From positions 1 to 64,000 of IMG/VR virus record IMGVR_UViG_2636415473_000002: DNA of 64,000 nt, one strand, 5' to 3'. Of the stretch, positions 9,600 to 18,855 are shown in pieces. The stretch's first letter is position 1; each line of letters starts with the position of its first letter. This stretch comes from a virus. Its lineage: Duplodnaviria; Caudoviricetes. The position numbers and the translations under genes were made by a program. The notes under the pieces are model-generated. The model was not told the DNA's origin, made no database searches, and saw only the letters and a program-made list of their open reading frames with translations.

Positions 9600-9776
9600 A
9601 TGAAAGAAGCTGCCAGGCTTTTCGAAATTGATTTGAATAAAAACGCGACTTATATCGTTAAAGATGGAAAAATGCATGAAATCGAGAGCCCTGAAACTGG
9701 ATTTGGAAAGCAAATTATTAATTGGCAGGGCAATAAGCCTTGCAACGCTAAATTAGAAACAGACATTAGATTTTAA
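9600..9776 (+). CDS. Small phage protein (DUF3954/XtrA-like)
   Basis: GGAGG RBS; EIDL.KNATYIVKDGK...PETGFGKQIINWQGNK. Confidence 0.65.
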   Translation: MKEAARLFEIDLNKNATYIVKDGKMHEIESPETGFGKQIINWQGNKPCNAKLETDIRF

Positions 9777-10071
9777 TACGCTTATCGGAAAAACCGAGGG
9801 CACTGAGTAAGCTAACGCTTATTTGGTGTCCTTTTTATTTTGTTTATTAGGAGAGATGGGGATGGATCCAGTAGCAAAAGAAAAGCTGAAGCAATGGAAA
9901 AAAGATCATCAATTAATGAAAGTAGCAGCTAAAAAGCCAAAGGAAAAGAAAACAGAACAGCTGAGCAAACGTGAATGGGAAGACATCATGGGGAAGAATC
10001 GACCTACGTACAAGCGTCAAACTGGATCTTTTAGACAAAGAGGATAAAACAATATAAGGGGTGGCAGAGTA

Positions 10072-10503
10072 ATGATCAAATTACCGAAGATTGATGATAA
10101 AGCAACCAAAAAAGCAGTCGAAAAGGCACTTTACCGATATAGGGATTATCTTGTCACATTACCCATGTTTTTAATGCCTAAAGTGACACCATCATATTCA
10201 CTAGTACCACCATCAAACACAAATGCTTTCCATAGTAGCACAGAAGATGCTGCCATTGAACGCATTCAATATATAGAAGAAAGAGATTCATATTTAGAAA
10301 ACATTCATGGAGCCGTAAATACATTGAAGGATATTGAGCGCGAAATCATTATCAAGAAATACCTCCAGCATGATGCAAGTTACGATCCACTCATTTGGGC
10401 AGAATTAGGTGTCGGACGTTCTAAATTTTATGTGATTAAGAGTGAAGCGATGTTACGTTTAGCTTTTGCTTTGAAAATAGAAGTCTATAAAAATAAGGGG
10501 TGA
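10072..10503 (+). CDS. arpU: ArpU-family late transcriptional activator
   Basis: KVTPSYSLVPPSNTNAFHSSTEDAA; C-terminal sigma4-like helix, RLAFAL. Confidence 0.9.
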   Translation: MIKLPKIDDKATKKAVEKALYRYRDYLVTLPMFLMPKVTPSYSLVPPSNTNAFHSSTEDAAIERIQYIEERDSYLENIHGAVNTLKDIEREIIIKKYLQHDASYDPLIWAELGVGRSKFYVIKSEAMLRLAFALKIEVYKNKG

Positions 10504-10509
10504 CGACTG

Positions 10510-11064
10510 ATGAATACCGTTCAGCCGATTCGAGATAAGGAAATTATTCAAGAAATTAAGGAGTTTTTAAAAACTAGAAATGAGCGTAATTATGTTTTAT
10601 TTTTACTTGGTATAAATACAGGGTTGCGGATATCGGATATCTTAAAGCTTAGAGTTATAGATGTACAAGGGAGGAAAATTTATTTGAAAGAAAATAAAAC
10701 CGGAAAAGAAAAGGAAGTAGAAATGCCACCTGATTTAAAGAAAGTTATTCGTAAATATATAGAGGGTAAAAATAAAAATGATTACCTTTTCCCAAGTCGG
10801 CAAAAAGATAAACGAGGGAAGCCAAAGTCAATATCACGAGGGATGGCTTACGTGATTTTACAAGAAATCGCTGATGAATTTGGTTTGGAACGAATCGGAT
10901 GCCATTCGCTTAGAAAAACATACGGATACCATTTTTATAGCCAAACGAAAGATGTGGCTGCTTTGCAGGATATGCTTAATCACAGTGATCCAGATATAAC
11001 GAAACGGTATATAGGAATTAACCAAGATAAGCTAGATAAATATCAAACAAACTTTAAAATATGA
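10510..11064 (+). CDS. Minimal (catalytic-domain-only) tyrosine recombinase
   Basis: GLRISD, HSLRKT, LNHS and RYIG give an intact R-H-R-H-Y set; 184 aa, no arm-binding domain. Confidence 0.92.
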   Translation: MNTVQPIRDKEIIQEIKEFLKTRNERNYVLFLLGINTGLRISDILKLRVIDVQGRKIYLKENKTGKEKEVEMPPDLKKVIRKYIEGKNKNDYLFPSRQKDKRGKPKSISRGMAYVILQEIADEFGLERIGCHSLRKTYGYHFYSQTKDVAALQDMLNHSDPDITKRYIGINQDKLDKYQTNFKI

Positions 11065-11291
11065 CGGATTTATTCTTTTTTTACTATTTTGAGTTAGTCA
11101 TAAAAATCAAGTTGTTCAACTGGTTTTTAAAAAGGGTCTGAGGGTGCATTACAGCAACATTTTGATTGGGATGACGAGTTATACTCTTTATGTCTTGAAG
11201 ATAACTCAGAGGGCTAAAAAAAGGCAAATTTGAAGCGAAAAAGGACTAAAGAGAATATCGATTCATAAAACAAAACCACAAAAAGCGCCGT

Positions 11292-11355
11292 GGACTTTTC
11301 GCGGACAATTTTCGGACAATCCACGGACAACTTTTTTATTTTGGCATGTTATATT
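11292..11355 (+). promoter_or_regulatory. Predicted ArpU-activated late promoter
   Basis: GGAC at 11292, 11303, 11314, 11325 (11-bp period; three as CGGACAA) replacing a -35; extended -10 TG-T-TATATT at 11347-11355. Confidence 0.7.
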
Positions 11356-11556
11356 CATAGCATGGAAGTTTACTTCTAAATCTAATGTGGTTTTATTAGA
11401 TGGTAATCATTTCTGTCACCCTTATATACGGAATTTGTAAGCCTCTAATTATTAGAGGGTCTTTTTGTATAGGTGCATTGTCGTGATTTGTCGAACGATA
11501 GTGATTGTCCAGGTATTTCCTTTCATCAATAATTATTGGTGGAGGGAGGTATAAAA

Positions 11557-12471
11557 ATGAATGTAACAGATTTAGTAAACATACTTAACGGATTAGATGA
11601 TCAAGATTTAGATATGAGGTTGTATTTCACAAGAAAAAAACCTAACGGTAAATATCAATCTTATTCACCAACAATAGATCCAGATCTACAAAAAGAAATA
11701 AAGGATATTGTAAAATTGGCTGTAGAAAAAGTACAAAATGTCGAACAGCGTCCATTTAGTCCAATTGGTACAATAGAAGGATGCATAGAAACCTACGCTC
11801 CAAACGAAGTGACAAGTTTTAATGATATACTTGAAAGCATGAGTGAAGACTTTGTAAGTCGTAAAGAAATTCCACCTGAAGAAATTAGTAAATTAACTTT
11901 TTATTGTCTAAAAATATACACTGAAGAAGGAGATATCTTATTCTTTAGAAGGGTTACCAAGTTTAATCGGTTAAAAGGCGGTTTTTTTGGGAAATTTACT
12001 AATGGAGATTTTATGAAATTAGATGGCACTTTGCTCGGGATAGACCCAAATGTAGACATTGTTATTCTTGGTGAAGAAATGTTGATTTTAAATCACATTT
12101 CATTAGAAAGAATATTCTCTATCCAAGATCAATACCATGAAAAAGCAAGTCAAACACTTGACCTTGTGAGAAGAACAAACCGAATTACAAATTATGAACA
12201 ATTTCGGGAAGATTGTTTGTCAGATGGAAGAGTTACAAGAGCCTTAACTAAATTGCTCAATGAAGAAGATAGTATGCACCAAGTATTTGAAAATTTTGAA
12301 AATGTTATTCAAGTTATTGATATATTTGGATTAAATATAGAAATAGCAGAAGAAAATACAAAATTAGTCTACGAAGACAAATCTCAGCTGTTAGATATTA
12401 CAAGACTTATGAGGGATTCTTTTTATAGGTCATGGATTAATAACCGAGATGGATTTGATGAAGGAGTTTAA
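11557..12471 (+). CDS. kwaB: Kiwa anti-phage protein KwaB-like (DUF4868)
   Basis: Size and pattern (LLGIDPNVD...LERIF, final L..LMRDSFY); paired with a KwaA-like membrane gene; start after GGAGG. Confidence 0.7.
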   Translation: MNVTDLVNILNGLDDQDLDMRLYFTRKKPNGKYQSYSPTIDPDLQKEIKDIVKLAVEKVQNVEQRPFSPIGTIEGCIETYAPNEVTSFNDILESMSEDFVSRKEIPPEEISKLTFYCLKIYTEEGDILFFRRVTKFNRLKGGFFGKFTNGDFMKLDGTLLGIDPNVDIVILGEEMLILNHISLERIFSIQDQYHEKASQTLDLVRRTNRITNYEQFREDCLSDGRVTRALTKLLNEEDSMHQVFENFENVIQVIDIFGLNIEIAEENTKLVYEDKSQLLDITRLMRDSFYRSWINNRDGFDEGV

Positions 12472-12493
12472 GAAGAAAGAAGGGTGATTTTCG

Positions 12494-13072
12494 ATGATTT
12501 CAGTCCTATTTAGAATAGGTTTATATGTATCATCGTTTTTTCCTCTATACGTCTTACTCATCATTGATAATTATGAATATTACAGTACTTGGAGGGAATT
12601 TAAAAATATATTGTTGTATGAAAATTTTCTTCCTTCTACATTTAGTTATGTACTTTTGATTTTAATTATTCTTTCATTTATTTCACTTTATATTATTATG
12701 AAAATAAGGTTAAATGAAAAGCATAAATTTATTGGAGTATGTAAAACCGAAGATAATTTATTGAGTTATGTTGTTACATACTTAGTTCCGATATTGTCTA
12801 TAGATATAACAAAAGCTAATAGTCTATTAGTGAACCTAGGTTTGTTCTCGTTATTAGGATTTATATATGTGAAAAATAGTTTAGTTTATTTAAATCCACT
12901 TTTTTTGTTTTTTAGATATAATGTTTTTCTGACAGAAAATAATGAGGTCTTAATATCAGATTTAGATATATATGAACTGAAAAATTTAGAAGGAGAAAGA
13001 ATAAGGACAAGGGTACTTAGTTATAAAATATATTTAGTGAGAAAGAAAGATTCTTTACCAACAAACCATTAA
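12494..13072 (+). CDS. kwaA: Kiwa membrane protein KwaA-like
   Basis: Four hydrophobic segments; SSFFPLY, LSYVVTYLVP, YLNPLFLFFRYNVF. Confidence 0.65.
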   Translation: MISVLFRIGLYVSSFFPLYVLLIIDNYEYYSTWREFKNILLYENFLPSTFSYVLLILIILSFISLYIIMKIRLNEKHKFIGVCKTEDNLLSYVVTYLVPILSIDITKANSLLVNLGLFSLLGFIYVKNSLVYLNPLFLFFRYNVFLTENNEVLISDLDIYELKNLEGERIRTRVLSYKIYLVRKKDSLPTNH

Positions 13073-13300
13073 GCATCCTTTCGAGGGTGCTTTTTATATT
13101 GGGGGAAGTAAAGGAATCATAACGTTTTTATTATCATTAATTCTAATGAGAATTATGTAATAAGTAGTAGATTTATGTTATATATTGGTATATGATATTC
13201 TTCGATAAGAAGATTGGTAATTGTCTACTTTTTAAGTTGTTATTACGCTGCAAATTAGGTTCCATTATTATTTACCTAGTTGCAAAATGGAGAGGGATAT

Positions 13301-14662
13301 ATGAGTAAAAAAAATAAGAAGAAATTATTATCTAAAAGAAGAACTGCAAGAGAAAATGAGGGAATCACCGAAATTACTGTTAGTGGGTATAAATCAATTA
13401 GAGAAAGTAAATCTATTAAAATAAAACCTCTTACGCTACTTGCTGGTACCAATAGTTCTGGTAAATCTAGCTTTATACAACCTTTACTAATGATGAAACA
13501 AACGTTGGAGGAAGGTTTTGATCCTGGTCCACTACTTTTGAATGGGGCACATGTTAGATTTACTTCCGCAGACCAACTATTACATACAAATTTTAATGGA
13601 AAGAAGGAGGAACAATTTCAGGTTGGATTTGAAATAAATAATGAGGATCGTTGTGACGTTACTTATCGTAAAGTCTCAAATGGATTTACAATTGATAAAA
13701 CATATTACAAGGTAACGGAGTTAGATGAAAATTATAAGAAGCAAGAAACCGAAATAACACTACATAAAGACGAGATGAGAAAAGATATAAAATCTATTAT
13801 TCCACCTTACCTTTCAGATCTTATGAAAAAAATGGATGGAGGTTTACAAGCTTCAGTAGTGAGAAATAGATGTTTTTTAAAGGCGAATATACATTTAGGT
13901 AATGATAAAAACCTTGTTTTTACTGAATTTCCATCCCAAACTTTTGACAGAGCTATAAGGAACATTTTACACTTACCAGGACTAAGAGGGAATCCTGAAA
14001 GAACATATCCTACTACTGCTGTAGATTCTGATTTTGAAAATACATACCTACCTGGTAATTTTGAAAAATATGTTGCGAGCTTAATAAATAAATGGCAAAC
14101 GAATGATGAGATTAAATTAAGTGAGTTAGGAAATTATTTAAGTTTATTAGGACTGACTGACAAGGTGAGAACAACGAGAATTGATGACACGCAAGTATCA
14201 ATAAACGTAGGAAGAGGGGTTAAAGATTCGTTAAATGACCTAGTTAATATAGCTGATGTAGGTTTAGGGGTATCACAAACATTACCTGTATTAGTTGCTT
14301 TGGTTTACGCTAGACCGGGTCAAATGGTATATATAGAACAACCTGAGATACATTTACATCCTAGGGCACAATATATGTTTGCTTCTATATTAAGTAAGAT
14401 TATTTCTAAAGGTGTAAAGGTGGTTATGGAAACCCACAGTTCCTTAATTATCAAAGGAATTCAAACTGCTGTAGCTAAAAATGAAATTAATAATAAAGAT
14501 GCTGCGCTTCATTGGTTTAGTAGAAATAAAGATTTTGGAGAAACAGAAATTATCAGTTCGAATCTGGATAGTAATGGGGCGTTTGGTGATTGGCCGATCG
14601 ATTTTGATGAAGTCGAACTGATGGCTGAAATAAATTATCTAGATGCAGCAGAGGAAGATTAA
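13301..14662 (+). CDS. ABC-type (AAA_15/AAA_21) ATPase with DUF3696-like C-terminus
   Basis: Walker A GTNSSGKS, signature VGLGVSQ, Walker B/D-loop YIEQPEIHLHP, H-loop ETHS, terminal GDWP..FDE. Confidence 0.85.
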   Translation: MSKKNKKKLLSKRRTARENEGITEITVSGYKSIRESKSIKIKPLTLLAGTNSSGKSSFIQPLLMMKQTLEEGFDPGPLLLNGAHVRFTSADQLLHTNFNGKKEEQFQVGFEINNEDRCDVTYRKVSNGFTIDKTYYKVTELDENYKKQETEITLHKDEMRKDIKSIIPPYLSDLMKKMDGGLQASVVRNRCFLKANIHLGNDKNLVFTEFPSQTFDRAIRNILHLPGLRGNPERTYPTTAVDSDFENTYLPGNFEKYVASLINKWQTNDEIKLSELGNYLSLLGLTDKVRTTRIDDTQVSINVGRGVKDSLNDLVNIADVGLGVSQTLPVLVALVYARPGQMVYIEQPEIHLHPRAQYMFASILSKIISKGVKVVMETHSSLIIKGIQTAVAKNEINNKDAALHWFSRNKDFGETEIISSNLDSNGAFGDWPIDFDEVELMAEINYLDAAEED

Positions 14663-14666
14663 TAAT

Positions 14667-15194
14667 ATGGGCGAAAAAGTAATGATAATTGACGCATGTG
14701 TTGCTTCTTCTGCATCAGCTAAAGATAAACCTATATCAACAATGTGTAGAAAATTGCTTTTAGAAGTTCTAGATAGCGAGCACAAATTAGGTTTTACAAA
14801 GCAGTTAGAAGAAGAGTGGAGTAACCATAGATCGCTATTAGCGATGAAAGTTTTAGCTTCAATGAAAAGTAGAAAACGAGTATTATTTATTCATGATAGT
14901 GAAGGAGTATTCGAGATTAGAGATAGAATGAAAGATCTTCCTGATAAACAAAGAATTGAAGCAATTACCAAAGATCTTCATTTAATAGAAGCAGCTTTGC
15001 TTACAGATAAAATAATTATTTCAAGCGATAAAAGGGCTAGAAATCATTTTAGTAGTATTGTTCATATAATTGAAGAATTAAAAGAACTAACCTGGATTAA
15101 TCCGGTGAATATTGAAGAAAACGTTATTGGTTGGATAAATAGTGGAGCTCCTCAGGAAGAGAAGAGACGATTGAAAAGTTCTATTCCAACTTAA
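14667..15194 (+). CDS. PIN-like domain protein (putative RNase effector)
   Basis: IIDAC...EEW...KDLHLIEAA...IISSDK acidic residue pattern; 4 nt behind the ATPase stop. Confidence 0.6.
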   Translation: MGEKVMIIDACVASSASAKDKPISTMCRKLLLEVLDSEHKLGFTKQLEEEWSNHRSLLAMKVLASMKSRKRVLFIHDSEGVFEIRDRMKDLPDKQRIEAITKDLHLIEAALLTDKIIISSDKRARNHFSSIVHIIEELKELTWINPVNIEENVIGWINSGAPQEEKRRLKSSIPT

Positions 15195-15321
15195 TTATAA
15201 TAAATACATACATAGCGTTTCAAACTAATAGCAATCACATTTTTAATATAATATATAATCTTTTAAGAGTCATCTCAAATACGAGATGGCTTTTTATTTT
15301 GGAGAAAGAAGGGTGAGGATC

Positions 15322-15558
15322 ATGATTACTTTACCAGATAAGTTTTTCGTGGAAAGTACTGATAGCGAGGAAATCTTATTGGTTACAAAGGAACGCAGCT
15401 TCTGGTGGGTTCAATTTGATTATACCCACGAAGATTATGATTCTTGTTATGATACTTCAGGTACAATGTCTGAGGAATCATTACTTCAAAGAATCCAGTC
15501 CGATGAATATAGGATCATACCTGATGATGAGGGATGGATTGAATTGGATGATTTATAA
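15322..15558 (+). CDS. Acidic hypothetical protein
   Basis: ATG after GAAGGGTGAGG, which is the tail of the repeat. Confidence 0.6.
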   Translation: MITLPDKFFVESTDSEEILLVTKERSFWWVQFDYTHEDYDSCYDTSGTMSEESLLQRIQSDEYRIIPDDEGWIELDDL

Positions 15559-15572
15559 AAGAGAGAAAGAAG

Positions 15573-15881
15573 GTGAGGTCAATGAAAGCAAACTGTAATG
15601 AATGCACCAAAGAGTTTCCTATCAACTTAAAAAAGAAGAAGCATGGTAAAGGTGTAGTCGAAACATATTTCGTTTGTCCGCATTGTTCTACACGATTTAG
15701 TGCTGCATTTACAAATGATCGAGCTAGGAAATGTCAAAAGCAAATACAAAAGCTTTGGGCTGAAATAAGAGGTTGTGGAATTCCACAATTGGCAGAGCAT
15801 AAGAAAGAGAAAATCGACAAGTTAACTGAGGAAAACAAAAAGATTATGAGTGAGTTGAAGGCACAGTACGCATCTACTTGA
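15573..15881 (+). CDS. Zn-ribbon plus coiled-coil protein (paralogue of 18535-18840)
   Basis: CNEC...HGKGVVETYFVCPHC. Confidence 0.75.
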   Translation: MRSMKANCNECTKEFPINLKKKKHGKGVVETYFVCPHCSTRFSAAFTNDRARKCQKQIQKLWAEIRGCGIPQLAEHKKEKIDKLTEENKKIMSELKAQYAST

Positions 15882-15962
15882 TGGGTGCTTTTTAATTTAC
15901 AAAATCTTAACAAGGACTATTTACCTATCTGTAGAATTCTTCCTGTGAAGGGAGGAATTCTT

Positions 15963-16184
15963 ATGATTATCCAATTTTATCGTAAAGAGAAAATGATTCA
16001 CGAGACGAAAATGAAAATGTTAAAAGGTGTTGACTCGCCGGACGAAAGCTATCTACTACCTAAAATCGGAACAACAGTTGAAGTTAAAGGCAAGATGTAT
16101 ACGGTCGATAAAAGCAATTTTGAAATTGAAGAACAACGCCGTGGAGACAATTTTGAGGTTATAGCGAAAATCTATGTAAAATGA
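15963..16184 (+). CDS. Hypothetical protein
   Basis: GGGAGG RBS; sigmaH-like promoter upstream. Confidence 0.65.
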   Translation: MIIQFYRKEKMIHETKMKMLKGVDSPDESYLLPKIGTTVEVKGKMYTVDKSNFEIEEQRRGDNFEVIAKIYVK

Positions 16185-16305
16185 ATTGGAGCATCCTTTC
16201 GAGGGTGCTTTTTATTTTAGATATATTGTCACATTTTGACGAACGATAGGGATTGTCCATTTAGTTCCTTTTGCTCATAATTGAGGGTGAAGGGAGTGTA
16301 TCATA

Positions 16306-16773
16306 ATGAAAGTAGTTTTAAATGATGTAGAAATCCAAGGAAGAGTTGAAGACCTAAGTAGTGAAGATAAGAAAGTTGTTAGAATGGAATTTCAAACTTC
16401 AGGAAGTAATGAATATCATCTTTTTTCTGAATTAATAGGTAGTAATTCTTTGAATGTTTCTATAGAGGACTTAGGAATGGCTTATAAAGCTAAGGTTCAG
16501 AATTATAGTAGGTCTTATCAAGATAAATTAGCAGATGATACTTTAGCTAATTTCTCTCTTGAACTTCATGAGCAAGATGAAGAAGGAAATGAATGGAACA
16601 CTCAAATTGGAACTTCGATAGCTACAATGCAAAACTGGGTTAGAACACGAGCTATATCAGAAATCTTGATAGAAAAAGGTTACTTTACCGCAGAAGAATA
16701 TAATAATAAAATTGATGAAGTAACCGAAAGAGATCAAGATAAAATGTTGAATTTTATCAATACAGGAAAATAA
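16306..16773 (+). CDS. Hypothetical protein
   Basis: RBS; upstream leader homologous to the kwaB leader. Confidence 0.75.
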   Translation: MKVVLNDVEIQGRVEDLSSEDKKVVRMEFQTSGSNEYHLFSELIGSNSLNVSIEDLGMAYKAKVQNYSRSYQDKLADDTLANFSLELHEQDEEGNEWNTQIGTSIATMQNWVRTRAISEILIEKGYFTAEEYNNKIDEVTERDQDKMLNFINTGK

Positions 16774-16873
16774 TAATTTGTAAAATGCATCCTACATGGG
16801 TGCTCTTTATTTTGGAGAAAGAAGGATATTGTTTCCTTTTATCGAAAGTTAAACAAGGAAGGAGTGTATAAAC

Positions 16874-17824
16874 TTGAAAATCACAATCGATTCGTTCGAA
16901 GAATTACCAGTAGAATTAAGTGAACAGATGAAAATAGAATTTGAGAAATTGATTATTACCGATTTAGGAATCGGTCTGGAACTAAACCCGTTAGAGGAAA
17001 TAATAATTCCAAAAGATTTCGGAGACAGCGTTACATTTTTTCAAAAGAAGCATGGATTGCCTGTAGGGTATACTAATAACGAGATGGGCATGGCAGCAGG
17101 TAAAACTATTAGTTATATAGAAAACGGAGAATTAAAGATTGTTATTTTTATTCAAAACGGATTATTTTTTTATCTGTTTGACGAGGATAGAAAAAAATCA
17201 CAATTAGCTATTAATCTTATTCATCACGAACTATGTCATGTACATGATGAATTTAATAAAAGCAAGATGAAAAAGATAAATGATGAAATTGAGGAAGAAT
17301 TAAATAAGAATGCTCTGTTAAGAATTTTATATGCCCATTCAGGGATAATTTGGGATGAGTATATTGCACCAAGGTTATCAGCAAGAACTTATTTAATAAA
17401 TGAAGAATCAGACTTTTTTACAGAATACTTATTGGACTTGATAAGCGACTCGGAAAAGAAAATTATTGAAGAGATAAAACAATACAGGAGTCATGATGAT
17501 ATAAATGAACTATTTAATAGGGTACAGGAATTAACTAATCCTGTAATGAAAATTGGCGCGACGGTATTCGGGTTAATACATGGTCTGTCTTTACAAAATA
17601 CTGAAATAATGACGGTGATAAATGAGCATATAGATAAGACATTTCTTAGTTATGTATGGGATGATTTGGGCCATACATTATCTTATATGTTTGATCAATA
17701 TCCAAATTGGGAGTCCTCAAGAATATTTGATGAACTAAATAACATAGTAATGAAAGTATGGAATGAATTAGGGATTTATCCAGAACTATATAAAGAAGAC
17801 CAATTATACATTGATGTACGTTAA
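16874..17824 (+). CDS. HExxH zincin-like protein of unknown function
   Basis: LIHHELCHVHD and downstream WDEYIA. Confidence 0.7.
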   Translation: MKITIDSFEELPVELSEQMKIEFEKLIITDLGIGLELNPLEEIIIPKDFGDSVTFFQKKHGLPVGYTNNEMGMAAGKTISYIENGELKIVIFIQNGLFFYLFDEDRKKSQLAINLIHHELCHVHDEFNKSKMKKINDEIEEELNKNALLRILYAHSGIIWDEYIAPRLSARTYLINEESDFFTEYLLDLISDSEKKIIEEIKQYRSHDDINELFNRVQELTNPVMKIGATVFGLIHGLSLQNTEIMTVINEHIDKTFLSYVWDDLGHTLSYMFDQYPNWESSRIFDELNNIVMKVWNELGIYPELYKEDQLYIDVR

Positions 17825-17963
17825 GCATCCCTTTAAGGGTGCTTTTTATTTGGAGAAAGAAGGGAGTTATGAGGAGGAAATAGTTAATTTTAATCATAGA
17901 AGGAAACGTGATTTCCATGCCGAAATTAATAAATAATTGATATGAATGGTGGTATGATTTTAC

Positions 17964-18470
17964 ATGGAAAGATTCACGATTGAAGATTTATTAGGTATAA
18001 AAAAGCGTAAAGTTACAAGCGATGAGCCTGAAAACAGTATTAAACTTGTGGGGTTACAAGAATTTGAAAGATCAAAAGAAAACAATTATGAGATTGTCTA
18101 TACTAAGAGAAATGAACCTGTATTATTAGTTAAACCTAAAGTCTTTGATAGCTTAGCAACATTTCGGTTATTTACCTATACATTCGGACATATAGAGTGT
18201 TTTAGAATTCATTTTCATAGATTTTGTGATGAAATTGAAATCATAGATGTTGTTGTCATTGGCGAAGAGTTTCATAATAAAGGATATGGAACAGTATTAA
18301 TTCAGGAAGTAATTAAATATGCGGAAAATGTTGGTTCCAAAAGAATTTACGGAAGTATTGTGAATGACTCTCTCGAGCAACATCAAAGACAAATATCATT
18401 CTATAGCAAGAATGGATTTACTTTATATGACGACAATTATAAATTTGAAATGTTGTTTGAAAAAAATTAA
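17964..18470 (+). CDS. GNAT acetyltransferase
   Basis: FHNKGYGTVLI acetyl-CoA motif; FYSKNGF. Confidence 0.8.
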   Translation: MERFTIEDLLGIKKRKVTSDEPENSIKLVGLQEFERSKENNYEIVYTKRNEPVLLVKPKVFDSLATFRLFTYTFGHIECFRIHFHRFCDEIEIIDVVVIGEEFHNKGYGTVLIQEVIKYAENVGSKRIYGSIVNDSLEQHQRQISFYSKNGFTLYDDNYKFEMLFEKN

Positions 18471-18534
18471 AGATATTAAATATTAGCATTCCATTAAGGA
18501 GTGCTTTTTATTATGTAGAAAGAAGGTGAGGATC

Positions 18535-18840
18535 ATGCAGCCATGTCGGTGTACTAATTGCCAGCAGATGTTCGCAATTGATTTGAAAGAAAAGGACCAT
18601 GGTAAAGGAATAACCGAAACATTCTTTTCCTGTTCATTTTGTAACCATCGATACTTAGTTACGGTAACTAACCGAACCATACGGAATCGTATAAGCAAGT
18701 TCTCTAATGAGTGGGCAAAGATGAGTAAGCTAAGGAACGGCAAGGAATGGGATAAAGACGTGTGGATGAAGAAGTATGAGAAGCTGCAGACATATAAGCC
18801 AGTGACTAATGAAATGATCCATAAGCTAAAGGCACAGTAA
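18535..18840 (+). CDS. Zn-ribbon plus coiled-coil protein (paralogue of 15573-15881)
   Basis: CTNC...HGKGITETFFSCSFC. Confidence 0.75.
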   Translation: MQPCRCTNCQQMFAIDLKEKDHGKGITETFFSCSFCNHRYLVTVTNRTIRNRISKFSNEWAKMSKLRNGKEWDKDVWMKKYEKLQTYKPVTNEMIHKLKAQ

Positions 18841-18855
18841 GCATCTACTTGATGG

